Assembly: GCA_964016885.1 (NCBI GenBank)
Contig: OZ024741.1
Coordinates: 313,968,001-314,032,000, forward strand
Direction: 5' to 3'
Source: Eledone cirrhosa
Lineage: Eukaryota
DNA length: 64,000 bases
The first letter of the stretch is position 1; every line of letters begins with the position of its first letter. The notes beneath the pieces were generated by a model. That model ran no database searches, had not been told where the DNA came from, and worked only from the letters and a program-made list of their open reading frames with translations. Shown piece by piece: positions 12,170 to 25,764 of this stretch. Position numbers and translations under genes: made by a program.

Positions 12170-15100
12170 TCATTTTGGGGGTTTTTTCTGCCTGTTTGTT
12201 TGTTTGTTTATTTGGGTTCGTCTACAGCGTGATAATGCCACACAAAAGTCACGTGCAGTGAGGAAAGCACCGGAGATGATAAATTCACCGGTGGTTATGT
12301 AACCATACATTCGCCAATCCTCGATAAGAGTGATTAAATGTCGAACCTAAACAGTTCGAATAACGGTGAAATGGAGGCTAGAATGTCATGTGACAGACTC
12401 TCACCCAACAGGTGCTCCCTGGCTCAGCAGCAGGGACCTGGCTGTCAACCAAATACTGCTGGTGTCGGAGGAAGAAGAAGAAGGAAAGGGACCAGAACCA
12501 ACTGGACGAAAGAATTGAATAGAACTGTTATGCAATGTTACCTGAAGAGTAACCCCAAGGAGAAAGGCTATAGGAAAAGGATGCATAACATCTGGAACGA
12601 GATTGGTCCATTTAAATTAGATGAACAAAAACTGGCCGGGCAGGCTCGGCAAATAAGAACTAATGGGTGGATAAGCGAGCTGGAACTGGAGGAACTGGGC
12701 AGAGAGATTGGCTTGGAGATTGAGAGTGGAGTATGCCAGGCAAACGAGCCAGTGGAAAATGAAGGTGAAGCGGTCGAGAGAACGGAGGAGCCACCCGAAG
12801 CAGACAATGATCTGAATGCTGAGATAAATAATACCTGGAACAGAGATACGGCCACTGAGGAGATGAATGCTGACGGGCAAGGACAAGATTTGGTTGATAT
12901 CCTAAACTTAGTGGTAGATGAATTGAACAATTATAGTGGGAGACCTATGAACCTAAGATTTGTAGATAGGAAAAAGTTAAAAGAAACAACAGCTAAGTAA
13001 ACAAAGTCATCCCATACCTTGAGGTGCGGAGCCTTCACCAGTGCAATAATATCCTCAAAGCAACAGCAAATACGGTGAGGAAACAACGGACAAGAAAGAG
13101 CAGAGCCTTGGTGGAAGAAACGACTGAGTGGTCAAATCAGGGAAATGAGAAATGACATTGGAATGCTTGAGTCCCTACTGAATGGGACACTAAAAAACAT
13201 AGACACTAAAAATAGACTAAAAATAAAGTACAAAACTAGGAGGAAAAAGCTAAATATTATCATAGAGGAACTGAAGCAACGCATTGTAGCAAAGAGTGCA
13301 AAAATCAGGCGATACGAGAACAGAGTCAGTCAGTATAGACAGAACCGCATGTTCGACAACAACCAGAAGATGCTGTTTGGACAGCTTGAAAAGAAAGAAA
13401 GAGGCAACGACTTGATCCCTGATGCGGAATAAACTAAAACATTCTGGAATATGGGAGCAGGGTGTTAAACATAATGACCAGGCAGTGTGGATTGAGACAG
13501 TACAGAAGGAGATCAGTGAACAGGCACACCAACAAACTGATTTGAGTATCACAGTTGAAACTCTTAAGGGACAGGCCAAAAAACTAACTAACTAGAAATC
13601 ACCTGGCCCAGATGGTGTGCAGGGGTATTGGATTACAAAAAATAACATCCCTCCACCCGAAACTGACAACCATGTTCAATGACTGCTTGATGTCAGGTGA
13701 GGTACCAGAGTGGTTGACAAAAGGTACCACAGTTCTGATAATGAAAGACCGAATCAAGGGTAATTATGTTACCAACTATAGACCTATCACATGTCTGTCC
13801 GTAATGTGGAAACTGTTGACAAGCATTATGTCTGTGGAAATCTACCATCACCTCCTCACAAACAACTTGTTACCGGACGAACAGAAAGGATGCCGGAATA
13901 AATCACGTGGTACAAAGGACCAGTTACTTATTGATAAGATGGTAATGAGGAATTGCAAGAGGAGACACACTGGTCTTGCCATGGGATGGATAGACTACAA
14001 AAAGGCATTTGACATGGTGCCTCATTCTTGGATCACCAAAAGCCTGGAGATCTTCAAGGTGGCAGATAACATCAGACAGTTGTTGGGCAAAAGTATGAAG
14101 TCCTGGGAAACAGAGTTAACATCGACTGGAGAATCCTTGGGAAGCGTGAAGATCAATAGAGGTATCTTCCAGGGAGATAGTCTGTCCCCTCTCTTCTTTG
14201 TCCTTGCCCTGATACCCCTGACCAGTGTACTGCGAAAAGTGAGAGCAGGATACGGGTAGGGAAAGGGAGGGCTTACTATCAATCACCTCCTCTTCTGGAC
14301 GATCTTAAGCTCTTTGGAAGGGTGAGAAGGAGTTGGATGTGCTTGTTGACACTGTCCGTATTTTCAGCAATGATATATGTATGCAATTTTGTATTAGTAA
14401 GTGTGGAGTCATTGTGATGAGGAGGGGTAAGTTGAGCAGAAGTAACGGAATCCAGATACCTACAGGTGAGATGATAAAAGAAATTGACTCTGAGGAAGGA
14501 TACAATTATTTGGGCGTTCTGGAGGCTAATGACATCAAGAACAAAAAAATGAAGGAATTCATAAGAACTGAATACCTTCGGAGAGTAGGGAGCGTATTAA
14601 AGTCACATCTGAACAGTAGGAATGCCATAAGTGCAGTAAATTCCCGAGCTGTGTCTATTATTAGGTACAGTGCGGGAATTCTGAAATGGAATGTTGCTGA
14701 ACATAAAGAAATGGGTAGGAAGACTAGGAAGCTATTGACTATCTACAATATGTTCCACAAGAGGAGTGATGTCGATAGACTCTACTTAAGGAGATCTGAA
14801 GGTGGAAGAGGTCTTATCAGCATAGAGGACTGTGTTCAGATGGATAAAACAACCTACACAAATACGTGACTGATAGTAAGGAGCCAATGCTCAGAACTGT
14901 ACTGAAGGAGGGGACAATAGGCCAGGGGATGTCCAAGGAGGAAATAACATCAAGGAGAAAGCGCAGCCTTCAGGAAAAATCCCTTCATAGTACCTTCTTT
15001 GAGAAAACTGAATTTAGAGATCCACAGACATGGAACTGGTTGAAAAGATGAGACCTTAAAAAGGCTACAGAAGGAATGTTAATGGCTGCGCAGGAGCAGG

Positions 15101-15805
15101 CCCTCAAAACGAAGAGGTTGAAACACCACATTTACAAATAGGAGGCTAGCCCACTGTGCAGGATCTGTGGAGAGAGAGAGGAGACTGTGGCTCACGTTGT
15201 ATCCGAGTGTAAACACCTAGCCCAAACTCACTATAAGGGCTGGAGACATGATGTGATGGGCAGGGTGATCCAGTGGCACCTATGCAACGTGAACAATTTA
15301 CCACATTCTGAAAAGTGGTATGAGCATAAGACAGAGGCGGTGATAGAAAACGATCAGGTGAAGGTGCTGTGGGATTTTAAGATACAGAGGACAAGTAACT
15401 GGAACACAATAGACCTGACCTGGTGGTTTTGGACAAAGAAAACAGATCGTGCCTGATTGTGGATGTGGCCTGCCCATTCGATACGAGAGTGCAAGAGAAG
15501 GAGAGGGAGAAAATTAACCGATACCAGGACTTAAAGTGGGAGGTAAAAAGGATTTGGAACTGCCATGAAGTCAAAGTGATCCCGATTGTCATAGGGGCAC
15601 TAGGGACTATCTCAAAAAGTTTCCAGAGATGGTTAAAGAAAATTGGCCCCTTCACGCTTTTTGGAACGCTTCAAAAGGCATGCTTGCTGGGAACAGCAAG
15701 AACCCTCCGATACGTCCTGAATATCTGAGGCTGCAGGTAGTGGCTTAATATTCATTTCAACAAACTTTCCAGTTAACTAACATCAATGATTGAGACTCAA
15801 AGAGT
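12170..15805 (+). mobile_element. R4/Dong-like RLE retrotransposon, family B, near full-length, disrupted
   Basis: ORF pieces 12338-15728: Myb-like RTNWTKELN..MQCY, RT (YRPITCL, WIDYKKAFDMV, QGDSLSP), CRIC..HVVSEC, RHD, PD..D..K endonuclease. Degenerate (TAA)n tail to 15910; 5' boundary approximate. Confidence 0.9.
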
Positions 15806-15858
15806 AATAACAATGATGATAATAATAATGATAATAATAATAATAATAATAATAATAA

Positions 15859-15910
<52 letters not shown>

Positions 15911-16760
15911 GGGAAGAAGACGCACGAGGTGTTAGAAGGTCATGAAATCGCTCCCGTAAGTTTTTGATTTTTAACATATTTAAATCAATTGTGAAATAAC
16001 AATTCTTAGTACAAATGTTGCATAAACCACCGAATCAAGTCCCATAAAAATTCGGATCCATATTATGTTGTTATATCGCTCAAATATTCAATTTTGTATT
16101 ATATATTTTGTATTCAAAAAAAGAAAATGGTTATAAATGGAAGAAAACACCCTCTGTCTACACTATATAGAACAGCCAAATAACAGCAAATTCACCAACA
16201 CCAGAAACTTGATACACCACCTACCAGATCACACTACATATAACAGACAGATAACGGCAATTTCACCACCACCACCACCACCAATCCCAGCATCATAATA
16301 ATAATTACTATTATTATTGTCTCAAGTTTTAACAAAAGGTTTAATTCCAATTTTACGGGAATATGTCAACACAATATATATTAAACATACGAACACAAAC
16401 TCATAGATACTACATATAACAAAACTCAGTAACGACAACGCCACCACCGCCACCACTCCATCCATCATTGCTACCACTATCCCATCACCGCCGCCACCAA
16501 TCCCTCATTGCTACCACCACTATTCCCCTGTTAACTTGAGAGAGAAAGGGGAAGGTGGCGGTATCACTAGACAAGGGAGAGGCTAGCAAAACATACAAAT
16601 AGATTGACTTACTGACCTGGCCACCGGCCAAACGTCAACATCAACAACTATGGGACTGCTGGCTCACCCCTTCCTCACCAACAATATAAAAAGCCCCGGC
16701 AGCACCGCCGACATAGCCAACAACAATAACAGGCAACTTCAGCAAAAAGTATATTATATT
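15911..16760. repeat. Recurring spacer, copy 2
   Basis: Aligns by eye to 10730-11200 and 21012-21365. Confidence 0.85.
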
Positions 16761-16820
16761 ATGTAATGCACTGGGTGATTGCTGGCCTTGTGTCTGGAGT
16801 GGAGACAATTATTAATAATT

Positions 16821-19800
16821 TCATTCTTAAGCCACGCAATGCTCACATTAAGGAACCACTCATGATAATAACAATTTAAAAAAACAACAAAAAGAAAACC
16901 CCGTGACCAAGAAATACCGGGATGGCGGACGGCGGGGAATAGCCGTGTCTCTAGGGAGAACGACCCCTCTAGTCTTGGTTGACACTCGTTCTAGCAGTGG
17001 TAACACGAAATGATTACCCCTTGGCGGATAAGGATAAAACGCGACAAAATAAAGTAAATGTCTAATGATAAAATCTCATACCGGATCGGCCGTTACCCGG
17101 GTAAAAAAGGGCCGCGTCCCTCAGAGAGGAACCAGACTGGGGTCGAAAAATCAGCTAGTGGTTCAAACCTTCCCATCACTTCGGAGCTGGAGAACTCCCA
17201 TAAACGGAATACTTCTACTGTTGGCCCTCCATGCTCACCAGCAAGAAATCCAAAGAAAAAGAGAGAAAAATGGTCAAGGGAAGATAATAAAGAAGTCCTT
17301 GAGGCTTTCTACACTGCCATGTACTACCCATCAAATACATCGAATACAGAACAGACATATATCAACTGGAAATAGTAACATCCCGAAAACAGAGGCTATA
17401 TTGACAGTAACAAACTAGCCAATATACGAAGAAATATTGTAAGAAAAAAGTTACTAACTGATATAGAAATTGATCAGATCAAGCTATTAGCACAAAGTCA
17501 GCGAAGGGAAAATGAAACATGTGTCAGTGAAAACGAGGTAAATTGTAACACTTCGAATCCCAGGGTTGGGGCGGAATCACTGGCAACAGAACAAATTAAA
17601 GAAAGGATCGAAAAAGTGGAGGGAGTGCATGCTCAAGATGAAACTCCAAATGAAAATACTGAGATCGTAAATGATAGAGAAATGAATGAGAATGAACTTG
17701 CCAACTTGAAGGATGAAATTATGATCGATTGGATGAAAATGAAAGAATCTGACATGAGTCAACGAGACACCCTCCCTAAGATCCAGAACTCCAAACAGAA
17801 CCAAAAGATAATACACAAGACTAACATAATTCTCAAAAACATTATCATCACAAACAAACTAAACATTACTGATTTAAATCATCTATATTATGCATCGGCT
17901 AAAGTCACCACTCACTTATGTGGAGTGAAGATGTAAAAACAAAGGAATTCCCACAAGAAATCTACTTGGCAAGAGAACATCAATCGCCAAATAAACCTTC
18001 TCCGATCTGACATAGACATTTTAACAAACTATAAAGTAGGTGAACATGTTAAACAAACTAAACTTAGAAAATGGAAAAAAAGTACACTATAAAATCAACA
18101 TGTGACATAGACATGCTGATAGAAATAATCAAGCAAAAAGTGTCGGCCAAAGCTGCTCGTATAAGGCGCTTTGAAAAACGATCTAGATTCTATAAGGACA
18201 ATAATATGTTCAAAAACAACCAAAGAAACTTCTACAGAAAAATTGGTAAGTCAACAATAACTGCTAAATCAATACCACCCAAGGAGGAAGTGCAAGAATT
18301 CTGGGAAAAGATCTGGGCCGAAGAAAAAGTTCATAACATACATGCCCCATGGATAGACAGACAAATGATAGATACAGCTCACCTTTAGGAACAAATATAG
18401 GAAAATATAACAGTTGAACAGTTGCGCTTGGCTCTAAGAAAAACCAGCAAATGGAAATCCCCAGGAAAAGACAAATTACAAAACTTTTGGATAAATACTT
18501 TCACAGAGTCTCATGAGCTGTTAGCCCAACTTTACAATGAAATAGTTAAGGAGCCAGAAAAGATAACATCATGGTTAGTTAACGGCATTACATTCCTGCT
18601 TCCGAAGAAGGATGAGACAAACAATCCCAAAAATTACAGACCGATAACTTGCTTGACCACAATGTATAACATTTTAACATCAGTCCTAACTGAATACACA
18701 TATGACCACCTGATAACAAATGACCTATTTCCCATTGAGCAGAAAGGGTGTAAACGAGGCTCATATGGCTGTAAGGATAAGCTTCTGGTTAACAAAATGA
18801 TACTGGAAGATTGTCATAATAGACACAAAAATCTATCGATTGCTTGGATAGATTATAAAAAAGCATTCGATAGTTTGCCACACAGTTGGATTGAAAAATG
18901 TTTAGAGATTTTCAAAATATACCCCGTTGTCAGGAGGTTTTTGTCATTCAGTATGAAGACATTGAAAACGACACTCCTTTTGAATAGTGAAACAAAATCA
19001 CTGGAAGCTGGAGAAGTTAATATTAATTGTGGAATTTTTCAGGGTGACTCTTTATCACCGCTTTTATTCTGCATCGCACTTATACCATTAAGTAAAATGC
19101 TCAATGAAACAAAACATGGATATAAAGTCTATGACAAAACCATTAATCATCGGTGACCTGAAACTATTTGCAAAAAATGATGAACAATTGCAAGGGCTAT
19201 TATCCACTGTGGAGCAGTTCAGTGATGACATTAAAATGGAGTTTGGACTAGATAACTGCGCCAAAGCAACGTTCACCAGAGGAAAGCTGCTGAAGAGTTC
19301 AGAAATTAATCTTGATCGGGGGAACGTGATAAGAGAACTTGATCAAGAAAAAACTTACAAAGGTGGTTGTGAAGGAGACGTAATCAAGCACTCGACAATG
19401 AGGGAAAGGATAAGGAAGGAATGTTACCGCAGAGTAAGAGCAATCTTAAGAACGGAATTGAATGCAAGGAATAGGATCGATGCCATAAACCCGCTTGCCA
19501 TACCAGTAGTAACCTACAGTTACAATGTCATCGGCTGGTCAAGCACAGAGATCCGTAGGCTCGATACAAAAATTCGAAAATTCTTAACCATGCACAGAAT
19601 GCATCACCCTAAGGCAGATATAGATAGAATATATCTCCCTAGGAAAGAAGGAGGGCGTGGGTTAATCCAGTTAGACATTGCGTTGAAAACTGCAACAATT
19701 GGATTATCTACATATCTAAGGGAATCACATGATTGGATGATCAAACTCGTTTTGAAACACGAAAGCATCAAAAGATCATATTCCATTACAAAAGATGCAC

Positions 19801-20834
19801 AAAGATACAGTAATGGACTACAAATTTCAGAAGTCCCATTTACTGATGTAATGGAAAACACAGAAAAAGCAAAGCAGGTTAAAATAACTGCAAAGAAAGA
19901 ACTGCTACAGAAACTGGCTAAGAAATGGCAAGAAAAGCCTCTGTATGGAAAATACCCAGAGCTAGCTAACAATCCTGATGTTGACAAAACTTCAACCCAT
20001 CAGTGGTTGGCATCCTCTGGACTGAAATCGGAGACTGAAGGACTGATTATATCAGCACAAGATCAGTGTCTGCCAACAAAAAATTACCAAGCCAACATAA
20101 TAAAAAATGGATGCAGCCCATTATGCCGTGTATGCAAAAAGCAACCAGAGACCAGTGACCATATAATTTCAATGTGCAGTCCTATAGCTCCAACCGAATA
20201 CCTAAACAGGCATGACAGAGCTGCACAATACATATATTGGATAATGTGTAAGCATTTTGACCTGCCCCATCAAAAGAATTGGTGGGAGCATCAACCACCT
20301 CCCATACTTGAAAAAGATCACATCTCAATCTTGTGGAACTTTAGCATCGAAACAGACCGAAAAATAGATGCAAATAGACCTGATATAATATTGAAGGACT
20401 TTAAAAAGAGGGTGTGCCTGCTAATTGATATGTCTGTTCCAATAGACAAGAATGTATCTATAAAAACATTTGAAAAATTGAGCAAGTATAAGGACCTGGA
20501 GATAGAAATTGGAAAAATGTGGAAATTGAGAACTAAAACAATACCAGTGGTTGTAGACGATCTGGGAATGATACCTAAGGGGTCTAATGATTACTTATCG
20601 CAAATCCAAGGAAACCCGCGTATAGGAGAAATACAAAAGATAGTACTAATGGGAACTGCCCATATACTAAGGAAGATTCTGTCAATATAAGTACATCACA
20701 AGTCTAAATACCTAAAGATGCATGTGTGAGTATGTATGTTCTTTCTTGAACATGGCGGACCTTGTTGTCTCTTGAGGTCACTGGTTGTGACTTGGTGATA
20801 ACTCGTATGAACATAAAGCAAGATAAATGCAACT

Positions 20835-20835
<1 letters not shown>
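16821..20835 (+). mobile_element. R4/Dong-like family A copy 3, full-length, inactivated
   Basis: Structured 5' UTR, ATG 17058, Myb-like KWSREDNKEVLEAFY, RT, CCHC and RLE domains to 20690. Stops plus an 11-bp deletion at YMDD; TAA tail. Confidence 0.93.
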
Positions 20836-20893
<58 letters not shown>

Positions 20894-21011
20894 AAGAAGA
20901 AGAAGAAGAAGAAGAAGAAGAAGAAGAAGAAGAAGAAGAAGAAGAAGAAGAAGAAGAAGAAGAAGAAGAAGAAGAAGAAGAATAAGAAGAAGAAGAAGAA
21001 GAAGAAGAATA
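20836..21011. repeat. Compound (TAA)n-(GAA)n microsatellite
   Basis: Direct reading. Confidence 0.97.
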
Positions 21012-21365
21012 AGCACTTGGTGGATAGCGGTTATGGGATCGCTCCCGTAAGTTTTTGATTTTTAACATATTTAAAACAATTATGATATAACAATTCTTAT
21101 TACAAATGGGACATAAGTCACCTTGTCTTAGCTCTCAGGAAATACCACTACTATCCCATCCCCGACGCCACTACTCCATCATTGCTACCACCACTATTCC
21201 ACCACTACCTTCTGTTAAATTAAGAAAGGGGAAGATGGCGCTAACACTAAACACGGGAGGGGCTAACAAAAGATATAAATAGACTGACATAGTGACTCGG
21301 TCAAAAGTTAACGGCTATGGCAATGAAGGAGCAACTTCAACAAAAAGTATATTATATTATTAATA
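21012..21365. repeat. Recurring spacer, copy 3 (shortened)
   Basis: atcgctcccgtaagtttttgatttttaacatatttaaa and agaaaggggaag..aaatagactgac shared with the other copies. Confidence 0.8.
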
Positions 21366-21434
21366 ATAATTTCTTTCTCATGGAAATGAAGAGGCAGCTT
21401 CAACAAAAAGTATATTACATTATTAATAATAATT

Positions 21435-24400
21435 TATTTCTCAACCATGAAGGGCTCACATTAAGGAACCACTCATGATAATAACAATTTAAAAAACAAA
21501 TAAAACCCGTGACTAAGAAATACCTGGTTGCCGGCCGGCGGGGAACAGCCGTGTTTCTAGGGGAGGACGACCCCTCTAGTCTTGGTTGACACTCGTCCTA
21601 GGAGGGGTAACACGAAATGATTACCCCTTGGCGGTTAAGGATAAAACGCAACAAAATAAAGCCAATGTCAAATGCTAAAATCTATTACCGGATCGTCCGT
21701 CACCCCGGTCAAAAAGGGCCATGCTCTTCATAGAGGAACCAGACTGGGGTCGAAAAATAAGCTAATGGTTCAAACCTTCCCACCAATTCGGAGTTGGAGA
21801 CCTCCAATATCCGGAATACGCCTACTGTTGGCCCTCCATGCTAACCACCAAGAAATCCAAAGAAATAGAGAGAAAAATGGTCAAGGAACGACAATAATGT
21901 CCTTGAGGCTTTCTACACTGCCATGTACTACCCATCAAATAGATCGAACAGACATATATCAACTGGAAAAAGAAACATCCCGAAAATAGAGACTATATTG
22001 ACCGTAATAAACTAGCTAGTATAGGAAGAAATATTAAGAAAAAGTTACTAACTGGTATAGAAATTGATTAGATCAAGCAATTAGCGCAAAGTCAGCGAAA
22101 GGAAAATGAAACATGTGTCAGTGAAAACGAGGTAAATTGTAACACTTCAAATCCCAGGGTTGGGGCGGAATCACTGACTGCAGAACAAATTAAAGAAAGG
22201 ATCTAAAAAGTCGAAGGAGTGCATGCTCGAGATGAAACTCAAAATGAAAACAATGAGATCGTCAATGATAAAGAAATGAATGATAATGAACTCGCCGACT
22301 TGAAGAATAAAATTATGATCGAATGGATGAAAATGAAAGAATGTGACATGGGGTTACTGGAGACTCTCCCTAAGATCCAGAACTCCAAACAAAACCAAAA
22401 GAAAATACACAAGACTAACATAACTCTCAAAAACATTATGAACACAAATAAACTAAACATTACTGATCTAAATCATCTCTATTATCCATTGGCTAAAGTC
22501 ACCACTCACTTATGTGGAGTGAAAATGAAAAAACAAAAGAATCCCCACAAAAACCTTCTTGGCAAGCGAACATCAATCTTCAAGTAAACATTCTAAGATC
22601 TGACAGAAATTTTAGCAAACTACAATGTACGTGAACATTTTAAACAAACTAAACTTAGAAAATTGAAAAGAAAAGACAGTATAAAATCAACAAGTGACAT
22701 AGACATGCTGATAGAAACAAACAAGCAAAAAGTGTCGGCCAAAGCTGCACGTGTAAGGCGCTTTGAAAAACGATCTAGATTCTATAAGGACAATAATTGT
22801 TTCTAATGTTGGCACAAGGCCAGCAATTATTCCAGTGTATTACTGGTACTTTATTTTATCGACCCTGTAAGGATAAAATGCAAAGTTAACCACGGCAGGA
22901 TTTTAACTCAGACCGTAACAGGCTGTATCCCTATGCCAAAAAGCATTGCGTCCGACCCTCTACCGATACTGCCAATAAGGACAATAATATGTTCAAAAAT
23001 AACCAAAGAATATTCTACAGAAAAATTGGCAAGTCAACAATAAATGCTAAATCAATACCAGTCAAAGAGGAAGTGCACAAGAATTCTGGGAAAATATTTG
23101 GGCCGAAGATAAAATTTCATAATACACCTGCCCCATGGATAGACAGACACATGAAAGATACAGCTCACCTTGAGGAACAAACATGGGAAAATATAACAGT
23201 TGAAGATCTGCGTTTAGCTCTTAGAAATTCCACCAAATAGAAATCCCCTGGGAAAGACAAAATACTGAATTTTTTGATAAATGCCTTCACAGAGTCTCAT
23301 GAGCTGTAAGCCCAACTTTACAATGAAATAGTTAAGGAGCCAGAAAAGATACCATCATGGCTAGTTAACGGCATTACATTCCTACTTCCGAGGAATGATG
23401 AAACAAACAATCCCAAAAATTACAGACCGATAACTTGCTTGACCACAATGTATAACATTTTAATGTGAGTCCTAACTGAATATACATATGATCACCTGAT
23501 AAAAAATGATCTATTTCCCAGTGAGCAGAAAGCGTGTAAAAGAGGTACATATAGCTGTAAGGATCAGCTTTTGGTTAACAAAATGATACTGGAAGATTGT
23601 CATAATAGACATAAAAATCTATCAATTGCTTGGATAGATTACAAAAATATCATTCGATAGTTTGCCACACAGTTGGATTGAAAAGTGTTTAGAGATTTTC
23701 AAAATATCTCCCGTTGACAGGAGGTTCCTGTCATTAGGTATGAAGACATGGAAAACGACACTCCTTTTGAATAGTGAAAACAAATCACTGGAAGCTAGAG
23801 ATGCTAATATTAATTGTGGAATTTTTCAGGGTGACTCTTTATCACCGCTTTTATTCTGCATCGCACTTATACCATTAAGTAAAATGCTCAATGAAACAAA
23901 ACAAGCATATAAAGTCTATGACAAAACCATTAATCACTTGTTCAACATGGATGACCTGAAACTATTTGCAAAAATGATGATCAATTACAAGGGCTATTAT
24001 CCACTATGAAGCAGTTCAGTGATGATATTAAAATGGAGTTTGGACTAGACAAATCCGCCAAAGCCACGTTCAGCAGAGGAAAGCTGCTGAGACGTTCAGA
24101 CCATAATCTTGATCGGAGGAATGTGATGAGGGAACTTTATCAAGAGGAAACTTACAGATTTCTAGGTGTTTGTGAAGGAGACGGAATCAAACAGCCGACA
24201 ATGAGGGATAGGATAAGGAAGGAATTTTACCGGAGAGTAAGAGCAATCTTAAGAACTGAGTTTAATGCAAGGAATAGGATCGATGCCATAAACACGCTTG
24301 CCATACCAGTAGTAATTTACTGTTTGAATGTCATCAACTGATCAAGCACAGAGATCCGTAGGCTCGATACAAAAATTAGAAAATTCTTTTAGATATTGCT

Positions 24401-25310
24401 TTGAAAACTGCAGCAATTGGATTATCTACATATCTAAGGGAGGCACATGATTGGATGATCAACCTCGTTTTGAAACCTAGAAGCATCAAAAGATCTTACT
24501 CCATTACAAAAGATGAACAAAGATGTAGTAATGAACTACAAATTTCAGAAGTTCCATTTACTGCTGAAATGTAAAACACAGAAAAAGCAAAGCAGGTAAA
24601 AGTAACTGCAAGGAAAGAACTGCTACAGAAACAGGCTAAGAAATGGCAAGAAAAGCCTCTGTATGGAAAATACCCAGAAAGAGCTAACAATCCCGATGTT
24701 GACATAATTTAAACCCATCAGTGGTTGGCATCCTCTGGACAGACATCGGAGACTGAAGTACTGATTATATCAGCACAAGATCAGTGTCTGCCAACAAAAA
24801 ATTATCAAGCCAACATAATAATAAATGCATGCAACCCATTATGCCGTGTATGTAAAAAAACAACCAGAGACCATTGACCATATAATTTCAATGTGCAGTC
24901 CTATAGCTCCACCCGAATACCTAAACAGGCATGACAGACTTGCACAATATATACATTGGATAATGTGTAAGCATTTTGACCTGCCCCATCAAAAGAATTG
25001 GTGGGAGCATCAACCACCTCCCGTACTTGAAAAATATCACATCTCAATCTTGTGGAACTTTAGCATACAAACGGACCGAAAAATAGATGCAAATAGGCCT
25101 GATATAATACTGAAGGACTTTAAAAAGAGGGTATGCCTACTATTTGATATGTCCGTTCCAATAGATAAGAATGTACCTATAAAAACACTTGAAAAATTGG
25201 GCAAATATTAAGACCTGGAGATAGAAATTGGAAAAATGTGGAAATTGAGAACTAAAACAATACCAGTGGCTGTAGGCGCTCTAGTGGTCTAATGATTACT
25301 TATCGCAGAT
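21435..25310 (+). mobile_element. R4/Dong-like family A copy 4, more diverged, 3' end lost
   Basis: Colinear with 16821-20600; many stops and frameshifts; SINE insertion at 22798. Confidence 0.92.
22798..22974 (-). mobile_element. tRNA-derived SINE with 14-bp TSD
   Basis: TSD ataaggacaataat (22784-22797, 22975-22988). Minus strand has A-box-like tggcagtatcggtag and B-box-like gagttaaaatcc. Confidence 0.9.
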
Positions 25311-25319
25311 CTCAGAAAA

Positions 25320-25695
25320 CTGTATATATCATATGTATGTGTATGTGTGTGTATGTACAGATTGCGTGTATGTGCATATAAATATGTATGTGTGCCTATA
25401 TATATGTACACACATATATATATATATATATAGTTGTTTTTATGTTCGGGGATGCGTACGTAGATATATATGTGTGTGTGTGTATGTATGTATATATGAG
25501 TTTTGTACGTACGAACGTGTATTTTTATATTTGTATATATACGTACACATATCTACATGTCTTTGTATTTGTGTATGTACGCATATGCGTGTGAGCAGGT
25601 TTGACTTTATGTCCTCATACGTATATATGTGTGTGTATGTATGTGTGTGTGCATGTGTATGTGTGTATATGTATGTAAGCATCTATATATATATG

Positions 25696-25760
<65 letters not shown>
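25320..25760. repeat. (TA)/(TG) mixed microsatellite field
   Basis: Direct reading. Confidence 0.9.
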
Positions 25761-25764
<4 letters not shown>

